The notes beneath the pieces were generated by a model that saw nothing but the letters and a program-made list of their open reading frames with translations, did not search any database and had not been told where the DNA came from. Positions 1 to 16,640 of a stretch of 64,000 nt of DNA are shown piece after piece. A program made the translations under genes and the position numbers. Positions within the stretch are counted from its first letter, which is position 1. Each line of letters begins with the position of its first letter. The stretch lies in the NCBI RefSeq assembly GCF_009914755.1, contig NC_060947.1, one strand, 5' to 3'. Source of the stretch: the human T2T-CHM13v2.0 reference genome, Homo sapiens.

Positions 1-149
1 CAGCATCTGTTGTTTCCTGACTTTTTAATGACTGCCATTCTAACTGGAGTGAGTGGGTATCTCATTGTGGTTTTGATTTGCATTCTCTAGTGACCAGTGA
101 TGATGAGCTTTTTTACATATGTTAGTTGGCTGCATAAATGTCTTCTTTT
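1..149 (-). mobile_element. L1PA (about PA7/PA8-age) ORF2 3' fragment; host of the nested L1 at 150-982, resumes at 983-1040
   Basis: Reverse complement matches L1 ORF2 C-terminal region (KEDIY...KKSGNNRC); sequence resumes after the second copy of aaatgtcttctttt at 983-996. Confidence 0.85.
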
Positions 150-982
150 TTTTATCTCTTAAAATTTTTTTTCTTTTTTTTTATTATTATTATACTTTAA
201 GTTTTAGGGTACATGTGCACAATGTGCAGGTTAGTTACATATGTATACATGTGCCATGCTGGTGCCCTGCACCCACTAACTCGTCATCTAGCATTAGGTA
301 TATCTCCCAATGCTATCCCTCCCCCCTCCCCCCACCCCACAACAGTCCCCAGAGTGTGATGTTCCCCTTCCTGTGTCCATGTGTTCTCATTGTTCACTTC
401 CCACCTATGAGTGAGAATATGTGGTGTTTGGTTTTTTGTCCTGGCGATAGTTTACTGAGAATGATGATTTCCAGTTTCATCCATGTCCCTACAAAGGACA
501 TGAACTCATCATTTTTTATGGCTGCATAGTATTCCATGGTGTATATGTGCCATATTTTCGTAATCCAGCCTATCATTGTTGGACATTTGGGTTGGTTCCA
601 AGTCTTTGCTATTGTGAGTAGTGCCACAATAAACATACGTGTGCATGTGTCTTTATAGCAGCATGATTTATAGTCCTTCGGGTATATACCCAGTAATGGG
701 ATGGCTGGGTCAAATGGTATTTCTAGTTCTAGATCCCTGAGGAATCGCCACACTGACTTCCACAATGGTTGAACTAGTTTACAGTCCCACCAACAGTGTA
801 AAAGTGTTCCTATTTCTCCACATCCTCTCCAGCACCTGTTGTTTCCTGACTTTTTAATGATTGCCATTCTAACTGGTGTGAGATGGTATCTCATTGTGGT
901 TTTGATTTGCATTTCTCTGACGGCCAGTGATGGTGAGCATTTTTTCATGTGTTTTTTGTCTGCATAAATGTCTTCTTTTGAG
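150..982 (-). mobile_element. 5'-truncated L1PA3/PA4 (ORF2 C-terminus, 3' UTR, poly(A))
   Basis: ORF 394..1026(-) encodes the L1 ORF2 C-terminus ([17 protein letters not shown]); T-rich tail at 150-190; TSD aaatgtcttctttt at 136-149 and 983-996. Confidence 0.92.
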
Positions 983-1040
983 AAATGTCTTCTTTTGAGA
1001 AGTGGCTGTTCATATCCTTTGCCCACTTTTTGATGGGGAT

Positions 1041-1436
1041 TTTTTAAAATTTTACTTCAAGTTCCGAGATACAAGTGCAGAATATGCAGGTTATTACATA
1101 GGTATACATGTGCCATGGTGGTTTGCTGCACCTATCAACCTGTCACCTAGGTTTTAAGCCCCACATGCATTGGCTATTTGTCCTGATGCTTTCCCTCCCC
1201 TTGCCCCACCCCCGACAGGCCTCACTGTGTGTTGCTCCCCCACTGTGTCCATGTGTTCTCATTGTTTGACTCCCACTTTGGAGTGAGAACATGTGGTGTT
1301 TGGTTTCCCGTTCCTGTGTTAGTTTGCTGAGGATAATAGCTTCTAGCTTCATCCATGTCCCTGCAAACGACGTGACCTCATTCCTTTTTATGGCTGAAAA
1401 GTATTCCATGGTGTATATGTACCAAATTTTCTTTAT
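1041..1436 (-). mobile_element. L1PA8-like 3' end
   Basis: L1 3' UTR and ORF2 terminal peptide (WYIYTMEYFSAIKRNE...WMKLEAIILSKL) in ORF 1143..1466. Confidence 0.85.
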
Positions 1437-1469
1437 AGTTTTAGAAATTTTGAGTATGCAGTACATGCG

Positions 1470-1860
1470 ATATATGCAGATGGGAATGCCTAGTCAATAA
1501 TAGAGTCAGTAACAGGGCCGGAAATGTAACTTGAGAGTTATCATGATATAGAAATTATACTGTACTTGAAGCCATCAAATGAGATTGCAAAGGCAGAGAA
1601 TGTAGGATAACAAGTAAAAAGGTGTGAGGCTCAAGTCCTGAGAAATCCAGCATTTAAAGTTTAGGTGTAAGAGAATGAATACCCAAATGAGACTGAGAGG
1701 AAGAGGCCAGAGAAGTAAAAGGAAAACCTGGAGAGCTGTATCACAAAAAACATGTTAAGGGAGTGTGTTGGGCAATGGGGAGTAGTCAACAATGCAGTAT
1801 GCTGCTGAGAAGCCAAGCAAGATGGGGACTAAGTGCTTCCTGGATTTAATGACATTAAGA
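1470..1860 (-). mobile_element. L2 LINE fragment
   Basis: Purine-rich degenerate sequence resembling antisense L2 (gagactgagaggaagaggccagagaag...gctgctgagaagccaagcaagatg). Confidence 0.55.
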
Positions 1861-1957
1861 TAATTTTCTATTCCTGGGTCTCAGTCTTCTCACTCTTAAA
1901 ATGTAGTGATTGCTCTGAACTTGATTTCACTCAAATGCAATCAAAGTACTTTCACTT

Positions 1958-2458
<501 letters not shown>

Positions 2459-2589
2459 TCAAGACATACCCCAATCTAAACTTACCTTACTTTAATAATA
2501 TCTCCAAATGGCTCCTAGTATGGAACTTCAACCCTATCAGTCCAGCCTCCTTATAACTGCCAACCTCATGTTAGTTTCTGTGCCTCTCT

Positions 2590-2872
2590 TTTACTTCTAT
2601 GTCCATCAAAATCCTTCCAAATAAATCATGAGACCTCATCCTCTCTCAAAGGCTTTTCTTGATGCCAATTCACACTGACTGTATGTTCCCCTGTCCTTGT
2701 TTTAGCAATTATTCTGTACTACCTCTAACTTAATAGTGCTCTGTTTGAGGTACATTAGTCTTATCACCCCAGTGAGATTGTAAACTCCCCTGGAGCACTG
2801 ACCATGTATTTGCTTGCCTATCCCTCATCCTTGACACAGGCTACATGCTCAGCAAGTACCTAATAAATACCA
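2590..2872 (+). mobile_element. L2 3' end
   Basis: gattgtaaactcc...aagtacctaataaata resembles the L2 terminus. Confidence 0.55.
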
Positions 2873-3488
2873 TTTGGCATGCAGCCTGTCTTTTTATCTG
2901 TTAAGGCAGCAAGACCAAGCTCTACACTGTTATTTGTGGTATGCTTATTGCAAAGAATTTTTATCACTTTCTATGGTATTTGCCATGGTTAGTGGGGTAA
3001 GACAAGGAAATGTCAATATTTTAATTGCAGTAAAGCACAAAAAAAAAACAAGCAAATGCCACAGGAAAGAAAGCAACATTAGGCACTATGCTCAGGAATC
3101 TGAGACCTTTGTTACAAACCGTCAAACCCCAGCATGAGCCTAGCCTTGAAAATGAACATTTCACACCGAGAGGCACTCACTTTTAAAGAAAGTCATGTTT
3201 GAGGTCATAGCTAGTGGACTGTATTGCTTTAATAGGGACTATATAAAAATCATACATTTTCTAAACAAGGGCTGTGGGAATGACTTTGCCTTGACTTGTG
3301 GTGCATTTACCCTGAAAGGAAAACAAGTCAACATGGTTGAGGCTTTCATCAAGCTATAAAAGTTGATGGGGCCAATTATCTCCCTTCTGAAACTCAGCCA
3401 ATATAAAGAGAAGAAAAGAAATGGTTTGGAAATGGAGATAAGGCGATGATAGAGGAATGAGTGGCATCCAGGCAGTCTCTGACTTTCA

Positions 3489-7236
<3,748 letters not shown>

Positions 7237-7747
7237 CACAGGTTTCCTGGTCCTTGCTCTAGAGAAACACAGTGTAATTGGTGAAACCAAGACAAAGATA
7301 TATAAAATAACAAAAGGACATTTACAAAGTGATATGAACTGAAACAAAATATAAATTAGCTTCAAGTATTCAGGAAATGGGAAGTCAAGGAATCACAATA
7401 TGTTGTGTATGTGTATTCACATGTTTAGTGTGACCACTTGTGTCTGTTGGGGCGACAGTGGTGTAGTCATCTGGGAAACAGAGCTTTACCCTAAGGAAGC
7501 ATATGAGCTAGACTGTTGGAGGAAATGGGGCATTCTCTTTAACATTATGAGGAATAGGTGCAGAGGAAAAAATCAAGGTATGTGATGAAAAGGAAATAAA
7601 TCATGCTATTAGGCTAGTGGGCCTTTGTGAGCCAGGCTAGGGTTTGGGAGTTGGACAATGAGCATTCAAAGATTGTCGGTGGGAAAGAAGTTGGATAGAT
7701 CAGTTGAGACTAGTTGAGGAAGAGCTTCAAAGCCCCCAGAGAACATT

Positions 7748-9169
7748 ATACTTATGGTGAAAGAATGAAAACTTTCTCTCACAGGTCAGGAACAGACAAG
7801 CATGCCCACTTTCACTTCTATTCAACATTGTACTCTGGTTTCTACCTCAAGCAATCAGGCAAGAAAAAGAAATAAAAGGCAACCAGACTGGAGAGAAGGA
7901 AGTAAAGCTGTTTCTATTCACATAAAAAATGATCATGTATATAGAAAATTGTAAGGAATTCACTAAAAACCTATTAGCACTAATAAATCAAGGTTGTAGG
8001 ATACAAGTTAAATTTACAAAAATCAATTGTATTTCTATACACTTGCAATGAACAATCCAAAAACGAAATTAAGAAAACTATTTCATGTATAATAGCATCA
8101 AAAAGAATACTTAGGAACAAAGTTTAAAAGAAGTGCAAAACTTTACTCTAAACACTACAAAGAAAGCATTGTTGAAAGAAATTAAATATCTAAATAAATG
8201 CAAAAACATTCTGTGTTCATGGAGTAGAAGACTTGATATTGTTAAGATGGCATACTGCCCAAATTGATGTATAGATTCAACATAATCTCTCTCCAAATCC
8301 CAGCTGAATTCCTTGTACAAATTGACAAGCTAATTCTAAAATTTATATGAAATTGCAAGGCTCCCAGAATAACCAAAACAATCTTGACAAAGAAGAGCAA
8401 AGCAGGAAGACAGGAAGACTCATGTTTTCTGATTTCAAAACTTACTGAAAAGCAATGATAGGACAATATCAGTATTGGCATAGGACAGACACCTATATCA
8501 ATGGAATAGAATTATGAGTCCAGAAGTAAAACCATACATCTAGGACTAGCTGATTTTCTACAAGGATGCCAAGACCATTGAATGGAGAAAAATGTTCTTT
8601 TCAATAAATGGTGCAGAGACAACCGGATAACCACATGCAAAAGAATAAAGTTGGACCCAAGCCTCACATCCTACACAAAACTTAACTCAAAATGGATCAA
8701 AGACATAAATGTAAGAGCCGAATTGTAATATTCTTAGAAGGAAACATAGAGATAAATCTTCATGAACTTGGATTTGGCAAAGGGTTCTTAGATATGACAT
8801 GAAAAGCATGAGCAAAAAAAGAAAAAATAGATAATTAGTACTTCATCAAATTTTAAAACTTTTATGCTTCAAAGGACATGAAGATAAAAGTGAAAAGAGA
8901 ACCAACAGAATGGGAAAAAATATTTGCCAGTCACATATTTGATAAGGGACTTGTATCTGGACTGTACAAAGAATTCTTATAACTCAACAATAAAAAGCAA
9001 ATAACTCAATTAAAAATATGGTCAAAGATCTGAATAGACATTTCTCTGAAGGAGATACACAAATAGCCACTAAGCACATGAAAAGGTGCTCGATACCATT
9101 TGCCATTAAGGGAATGTAAATCAAAACCACAATGAGATACTACTTTACACCCAGTCTGACAGCTGTAAC

Positions 9170-9204
<35 letters not shown>

Positions 9205-9893
9205 TGAACAGTAACAAAATGTTGGGATGATATGAGAAATTGGAACATTCATACATTTCTGTGGGAATGTAAAATGGTACCGTCACTATGAAAAACTATC
9301 TGGCAGTTCCTCAAACAGTAAAATACAAAGTTTCTATGTGACCTGGCAATTCAATCCCTGGCAATATACCCAAGAGAACTGAAAACGTATGTCCACACAA
9401 AAGTTACAGACCAATGTTCATAGTAGCATTATCCATAATTACCCCAAAGTGGAAACAACTCAAATGTCCATCAACTGGATAGACAAAGTACAGTATATCT
9501 ACACAATGGAATATTATTCAACCATAAAAAAGAATAAAAGAGGGTACTAAAACATGCTAACATGGATCAACCTTGAAAACATTTTTATAAGTGAAAGAAT
9601 AGTCACGAAGAACCACATATCACATGATTCCATTTATATGTAATGTCCAGAGTGGGCGTATATACAGAGACATAAAGTAGATTAGTGGTTGCTTAGGGAT
9701 AGAGCAGGAAGGGGGAAAATATAGAGTGACTACTGATGAGTATGGAGTTTCTTTTAAGGGGAATGACAATTTTTAAAAATTATCTTGTAATGATGGTTGT
9801 ACAAACCTGTGCACATACTAAAAACCATAAGTTGTATACTTTAATGGGTGAACTGATATGGTATGTGGTACAGTATATTTCAATAAAGCCATT
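7748..9893 (+). mobile_element. L1MB-type LINE, ORF2 3' half and 3' UTR
   Basis: Degenerate ORF2 (gttaagatggcatactgcccaaattg; ttcaataaatggtgc) and L1MB-like end ...tttcaataaagc. Confidence 0.85.
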
Positions 9894-9895
9894 CT

Positions 9896-10338
9896 TGTGA
9901 GTTGAATTATGTCTCCCAAAAAGATATGTTGAAATCCTAAACCCTGGTACCTATGAATGTGAACTTATTTGGAAATAGGGTCTTTGCAGATGTAACTAAG
10001 TTAAGATGAAGTCATTAGGTTGATCCCTAATCCAATATGACTGGTGTTCTCATAGGAAGAGGGAAATCTGAACAAAGACACACAAAGAGACTGCCATGTG
10101 AGAATGGCAGCAGAGACGAGTGATGCAGCTGCAAGCCAAGAAACACCAAGAACTGGTCACCACCAGAAGCTAAGGAGAGGCAAAGAAGTGTTCTACCTAG
10201 AGTCTCAGACGTAGCGTGGCTCTACTGAATCGTTTACTTCAGACTTCTACTCTCCAGAAGCATGAGACAATTAATTTCCATTGTTTTAAGCCACCCAGTT
10301 TGTGATATTTGGTATGGCAGCTCAAGGAAACTGATACA
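9896..10338 (+). mobile_element. MaLR solo LTR (MLT1B/C-like)
   Basis: TG...gttgaattatgtctcccaaaaagatatgttgaaatcctaa...ttaagccacccagtttgtg...aactgataCA. Confidence 0.85.
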
Positions 10339-10389
10339 GCTTTTTAAAAAATACAACAACCCGTTGAGTTTTAACTTGTATGAGATATC

Positions 10390-10545
10390 AGAAATAACAC
10401 CGGACTAGGAGTTAAAGGACCTACATTTTTGTCCCAACTCTCTTCTAACTCACTGACACTGACATTGGGCAAGTCACCAACTTTCTCTGTTTTTCCCCTT
10501 TTACAAAATGCAGGGATTGGCTTGCATGTTCACTAAGGTCCCCTC
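10390..10545 (+). mobile_element. MIR fragment
   Basis: Core ttgggcaagtcac...ctctgttttt...aaaatgcagggattgg. Confidence 0.6.
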
Positions 10546-11519
10546 GAGGATGACACGCCCCATTAATAGAACTCTTCATTTTACAATTCTGAAAATGTTA
10601 GCATAGGACCCCAAATTCAAATGACACCAATAAAAAGTAAAATATTTTCCAAATAAATTAACTTCTTCCGTTTTGAAATTCTTTTGCTCATCTTGACATC
10701 TCACTGGAATGAAATCACTCCATTTCTTCTTAGCTCCTATAGGAATATGAAGCCATTCCCCAAGCCTCGTGGGGACTAACTAGCAACTGGGACATAACAT
10801 TGTTGCTGAGACAATGTAAATTAAACTCCATTTGTCCTTTCTCTTATGCCTTATAAATGTAGAACTCCTTTTCAAGAATTGTGCTTTTATAAAACCTGTG
10901 TGATGCCAACAACTAAGCCTCATTTAACCAAAGAAAGAAAAGTAGCATTGTCCTAGTTTTTGCTCTGCCTTGTATTCAAAGATGCCTTATATAATGTGTA
11001 AACCATTGGTTTTTATATAAAGAAATTTCATGTCGATCTCTCCTTTGCTATTAAAAATGTACAGCATATTGTTGCACAACACAGCAAGTGCTCAAAATGG
11101 CTTCTCCCTTCCATGTTTTTAAAATGTGAAACATAATACTCTTTCCTTTATGTCTCTTTTTTTTTTTTGACCTTCCTTTTATCTCTCCGGTGGTGTATTC
11201 TCTTTGCAACAAAATTCACTTGACACACTTGACACTGTATTGTAGCTCAAGAAATGAGTATACATCAGTTGCTGAATTGTGTACATGCCATAAAGATGTC
11301 TTTTCTTTAATACCCAGCCCCATGTGAAGTTTAAATTAACTTCCCCAATCACCACAAACCAGATTTTTTTTTCACTAGCTGAATATTCAGGAAGCAGTTT
11401 GGTATTTAGCTTCAAAGTAATGAACTCTTCTATCCTAAGTGCCAATCATTGGCTTTTTGGTATCTCATTATGCAGAATACCAAAGATAAAACAAAACAAA
11501 ACAATTCTACAAGAGAATG

Positions 11520-12110
11520 ACTATTAGATTGACAATGGAGGCTCAAATAAAATGGAATGATAGCTTCAAAGTGATGAGGAAAAATATCTTCTACCCTGAA
11601 GCCTATGCTTAGCTAAACAATCATTAAGAAGTGAGAGTGAACAAAATGCATTTTCAGACAAACAAGACTAAAAGCAGTTTCCTTTCAAAGACCCTTGCTG
11701 AAAGGCAACAAAAATATCTACTTCAGAAAGGAAAAAATAATAATTTCAGAATAAAAGTATAGGACAAAACAAACAATGGTGAGCATAGAAACTGAAAAAC
11801 ACGTTTACAAATTTAAAAAGCACTGAGTATAAAAATAAACAATAGTGATAGTTGAGGATGATTTAATAACAAAGTTAATACACTAGACAACAAGATGGAA
11901 GAAGGGGTGATGACGAGTATTTGTTTTCTTGCATTGTTTAGAAAAATACAGAGTGATTGATGTTAGACTTCGTTGTAACATTTATCTATAAACATTTAAG
12001 GGGTCACATACTGATTTAAATCTTTTTAAGTTACTAGAAGATCAGAAATAAAATGTATGACTTCCAAATGAGTAAAGGGTAAAAATAAAAATAGAGAAAA
12101 CTTGATTCAT
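11520..12110 (+). mobile_element. Ancient L1M(E) ORF1 C-terminal remnant
   Basis: aatggaatgatagcttcaaagtgatgagg...gctaaacaatcattaag...ttttcagacaaacaagac resembles the ORF1 end. Confidence 0.6.
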
Positions 12111-12124
12111 AATAAGAATCATCG

Positions 12125-12752
12125 TTGGCAGTTCCTAAAATAGTAAAACACACAGTTACAATATGACCCAGCAATTCCACCCCTATGTATATGCCCAAGA
12201 GAACTGAAAACACAAAACCTTGTATGTGAATGTTCATAACAGTGTTATTCACAATAACCAAAGAGTAAAAACAACCCAAATGTCTATCAACAGATAAATG
12301 GACTAACAAATGGCACTATGTCTATACAACGGAATATCATTCAGCCATAAAAAGGAATGAAGTTGCCTATAAGCTGACTGAGAGAAAAAAAAGGAATGAA
12401 GTGCTGATTCTTGCTACAATATGAATGAACCTTGAAAACATTATGCTAAGCAAAAGAAGCCAGATATAAAAGCCCACATATTTTATGATTCCATTTCTGT
12501 GATGAGTCCAGAACGGGCAAATTCATAGAGACAAAAAGTAGATAAGTGATTGCCATGGGTTGGGAGAGGGGGGAATTGGAAGTGACTGTTAATGTGTATG
12601 AAGTTTCTTTATGGGATGATGAACGTGTTTTAAAATTGGATTGTAGTGATGTTTGCAAAACACTGTGAATATAACAAGAGCTATTGAATTTTACATGTTA
12701 AAAGTAGGAATTGTATAGTATGCAAATTATGCCTCAATAAATCTGTTATTAA
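12125..12752 (+). mobile_element. L1MB 3' end
   Basis: atatgacccagcaattccacccct...gaaccttgaaaacattatgctaag...cctcaataaa. Confidence 0.8.
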
Positions 12753-13930
12753 AAAAACAATAATGTCCAAATATATCAGTAATCACAACAAAAGAAAATG
12801 AATTAAACATAGCTGTCAAAGGCCCATATCGTTTTAGAAGCAAGTTTAACCAAATGTTCAAAAATATATAATCCAGATTTTATATAAAATGCTCCAGAAG
12901 AAAAAGAAGTTAGAATTTCCAAATTATTTTGTGAATCTAGTATGCCTTGATACCAAAACTCGAAAAGAACAGTGTAAAAAGAGGACAAAAACTGGAGAAT
13001 CCAACATATGATCATTAATGTAAAATCCTAAATCCAACATTAGCAAACCAAACTTAGCAATATATTATAATTTTTAAAACATTATGACCAGGTAGTATTT
13101 ATCCCAGAAATATAAGATTAGTTTAACATTAGAAAATCCATGTAATTCACAAAATTAAGTGTCCAAGGGAGAAAATACACCAAATTTCGCTAGATGTAGA
13201 CAAAGCATTTGATAAAATTCAACACTCATTCATATGATTTTTTAAAAAACACATCTTAGCCGACTCAGAATGAAAGGAACTTCCTTGACTTGACAAAAGG
13301 TAGCTAACAAAAATCTGCAACAAATATCATAGCTAATGGTGAAATATTAGAATCATACCCTTTAGAATCAGAAAACAAATCAAGTATCTTCATCACTATT
13401 TCTATTCAATATATACTGGAGGCACTTGTCAGAACAATAAAACAAAAAATAAAAATAAATGAATAAATGAAAGAGAATATTGTAAAAAAAAAGAAAGAAA
13501 ATTGCCATTTTCACAACAAACTATTGGCACTAATAAGAGATTTCAGCAATGCTGCTGGACATCAAATCAACATACAAAATTATATATACCAGCAATAATC
13601 AATTAGAAAATATATAATACATTTTTAAATATCATTCACAACAGCAACAAAACCTGTAAGATTCTTAGAAAAAAAAGTTAACCAAGTATGCGTAGAATTA
13701 TAATAGAGAAAATTATTATTCAATTATATTCCAACCAAAATCCCAACAGTGTATTTCCCACTGACCTTGACAAGCTAATTCTAAAAGTGATATGGAAGAG
13801 TATCAGGCCAAGAACAGCCAAGAAAATTTTGAAGAGAATGAGGGAAGATTCAACCTACTAGATATCAATTTATTAAAAACATATTAATTGTTAAATAATA
13901 TGATACTAACATAAAAATAATCAAATAGAT

Positions 13931-14706
13931 CAGCGGTTGGTAAACTTTGTCTGTAAAGGGCCAGAGAGTAAACATTTTAGGCTTTGCATGCCAGGGGGAA
14001 AATTTGAGGATATTGTGTACATACTTATATAACAAGAGAGGAACTCCTACCCAGCTTCACCCCATTTGCCTGGGGTGGATAGTTCCACACAGTGAACAGG
14101 CTTTGTATCCTCTGTTGGAGACATTTTTCAGAAGATCTACTGTCCAAAGGCTAAGGTGACTATTGACCAACTATTTCAGTTTGCCTGGGACTGCCCTTGT
14201 TCTAGCCCTGAAAGTCTCAGATACTGAGTATCCCCTCCATCTCCAGAAAATCAGCATGGTTGATTGCTCTACCTAAGCGGGAAGGGAAGACAAGAAGGCA
14301 ACCACCACAGTCAGTAACATCTTCAGCCCCAGCCACACCCAGACCCCAGTACATCCATCCTGCTCTCCTCTCAGAGAGCTTGGCCATCTTAACTTGGGCA
14401 GGTGGCTGGAGGCAATGCAACTCACTAAGTCACTGACTCCCAGACTGAGATTCCACTGGACTGATTCCACTGCTCCATGGGGGCAGCTGCCAACAGCAGA
14501 GCCTCCAACAAGTAGAAGGAGACTATGAGTCCTGCACAGCAGTGAGGAGTGGCTGCCATAAGGGGAGGCAAGCACTGGGAACAAGGAGGAGGACATGGGC
14601 AGAGGAGTATGGCCAAGGTTTGGCCTCCAACATTTATATTGCTAGCCTACTTGAGCAGCGCTTGTGGGCCAGATTTGACCTGAGGGATATAGTTCACTGA
14701 CCCCTG
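13931..14706 (+). mobile_element. hAT-Charlie (MER58/Cheshire-type ends) element with about 600 bp atypical interior
   Basis: 5' end cagcggttggtaaactttgtctgtaaagggccag; 3' end gggccagatttgacctgaggg...ctgacccctg; 8-bp flanks aaatagat/aaatatgt (6/8). Confidence 0.7.
14160..14272. mobile_element. MER81-like hAT-Blackjack MITE
   Basis: tgaccaactatttcagtttgcctgggactg...ctgaaagtc...ggttgattgctcta resembles MER81. Confidence 0.6.
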
Positions 14707-15324
14707 AAATATGTCAGTGCTTCACATTACAGTGCCCAAAAGCAGATGTACATACATATGGGAACTTGGTATATAACAGAAGTAGCATTATAAATTAGTT
14801 GGGGAAATAATGGAGCATTCAATAAATGGTGCTGGGACGATTTGTTATCTGCAAAGGTAAGGGGAAATAAAAATTGATCCCTACCTTATATCCTATACAA
14901 AAATAAATTCCAGATGAATTAAAGACTTAAATGTGAAAAACAAATTTTCAAAAAATCTAGAATTAGAAAAGGGAGAATATCTTCATGATATAAAGGTATA
15001 AAATAAGTTATTAAACAGGGCACAATAAGCACAAACAAGAAAGAGTATCGACAAATTTGACTACATTAAATAAAAAACTTCTATATGATAAGACATCTTT
15101 AAAAAGTCAAAAGATATTCTACAGACAGGAAGAATATATTTTCAATGTATAAAATTAATAATAGATTAATATACAGCGTATATTTTTAACTTCTACAAAT
15201 CAATAAGAAAAAAACAACAAACAGCCCAAATGAAAAGAATTAGACATGTAATGAATAGGCAGTTCCCAGAAGAGGACATCCTAATGGCTAATATAGGAAA
15301 TATAAACAAGGATGTACAAAAATG

Positions 15325-15810
15325 TTAATCAGAATAAGTTGGACTTATACTACAGTAACAGATCATCCCCAAATCTCAATGGCTTAACACATAAACATTT
15401 CTTATTCATGAAAAGTCAACTATAAATTAGGCACCTCTCCAAGACAGTAGTTCTCCACGAGGTGACTCAGGAATTAAGGCTGCTATGATCATGTGGCTCC
15501 ATTTTCTCCATAGCCAACTTCCATGCCCCTGATCCAAGGGCAGGGTGGTGGAGGAATGAGAGAAGGGAAGGATAGGATAGGACAGGACAGGACAGAACAG
15601 TAAAGCATAGCATAGCACAGCATAGCATAGCACAGCATAGCATAGCATAGACTGCCTCAGCCAGGAGGTGATCCACATCACTTCTGCTCACAATTTTATG
15701 GGCCAGAACTAGTCATGTGGCCCTGCAAGGGGACTGGAAAGTACAGTTTTCTGTTGTTTAGGAAGGAGAAATATGAAACAGAATTTGGTAAATGCATAGC
15801 ATTGTCTCTA
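15325..15810 (-). mobile_element. Old MaLR LTR (MLT1J/K-like) containing a pentanucleotide microsatellite
   Basis: cagtaacagatcatccccaaatctcaatggcttaacac; ggccagaactagtcatgtggcc. Confidence 0.65.
15568..15650. repeat. Compound pentamer microsatellite (GGATA/GGACA/GCATA/GCACA)n
   Basis: Directly visible. Confidence 0.9.
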
Positions 15811-16159
15811 GCATTGTCTCTGCTATAAATGATCACTACAGTTTCCAAGACAAAAACAATATAGTTTGTAATGTAAAAAATTGAGAACGATATACCTGTC
15901 CATCAAAGTGTTAAATAAAGTAGCAAGTATATTCATTGGAATACCACAGGGAAAATGAATTAACTAGATCCATATTTCTAATATGGGTAAATCTCAAAAA
16001 TAAAATGTTGAGAAAACATAAAACCATAGATAGGAGGGATAAGCACCAACCTCTAGGTAATGGCTACCTCTGAAGTGGAAAGGAGGGAGGGGAATGGCAT
16101 AGTGAGAGGAGGGGGTGATGAATCTTCAGAGGTATGATGTGACATTTTGTTTCTTTTTA

Positions 16160-16640
16160 AAATGATATGTAGAGTAAAATGGTGGTTATCAGAGCGTGGA
16201 GGGTCTGGGGAATGGGGCAACACTGGTCAAAGGGTAGAAAGCCTCCATTAGAAAGGAGGGATAAATAATAGGTATTGAAGTTAATGGATAGTTAATTCAT
16301 TTGATTCAATCATTCCACACTGTATGCATGTATCATAACATCACTGTATATGCCATAATTATATATGATTATAATATGTTTACAAATAGAAAATAAATAA
16401 GTAATAAAAATGATCTGTAAAGGCAAATTTATAGAGAAAGGAAATTGATTAGTGGTTGCCTGGGGCTGAGTGTGAAAATGGGGAGTGACTACAAATAGAC
16501 ACAAGAGATTTTAGGAAGGTGATGAACGCCTTCAAAAATTGGATCGTGGTGATGGTTGCACAGCTCTGTAAATCATTGAACTGTACACACTTAAAAAAGT
16601 GAATTTTATGGTATTTAAATTGTACCTAAGTAAAGCTATT
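16160..16640 (+). mobile_element. L1MA and L1MB 3'-end fragments
   Basis: gtagagtaaaatggtggttatcagag...cataacatcactgta; then ggcaaatttatagag...gattagtggttgcctggggc. Confidence 0.65.

Larger units (their letters stand above)
12850..15300 (+). mobile_element. Ancient L1ME ORF2 remnant, interrupted by a hAT element at 13931-14706
   Basis: Degenerate ORF2 (aaagcatttgataaaattcaacac; ttcaataaatggtgctggga; gaattaaagacttaaatgtg). Confidence 0.75.

Noticed and set aside
9172-9202. 31-nt poly(A) inside the L1MB as an independent insertion
   Set aside because: No TSD seen; it sits at a naturally A-rich L1 position, so slippage expansion is simpler.
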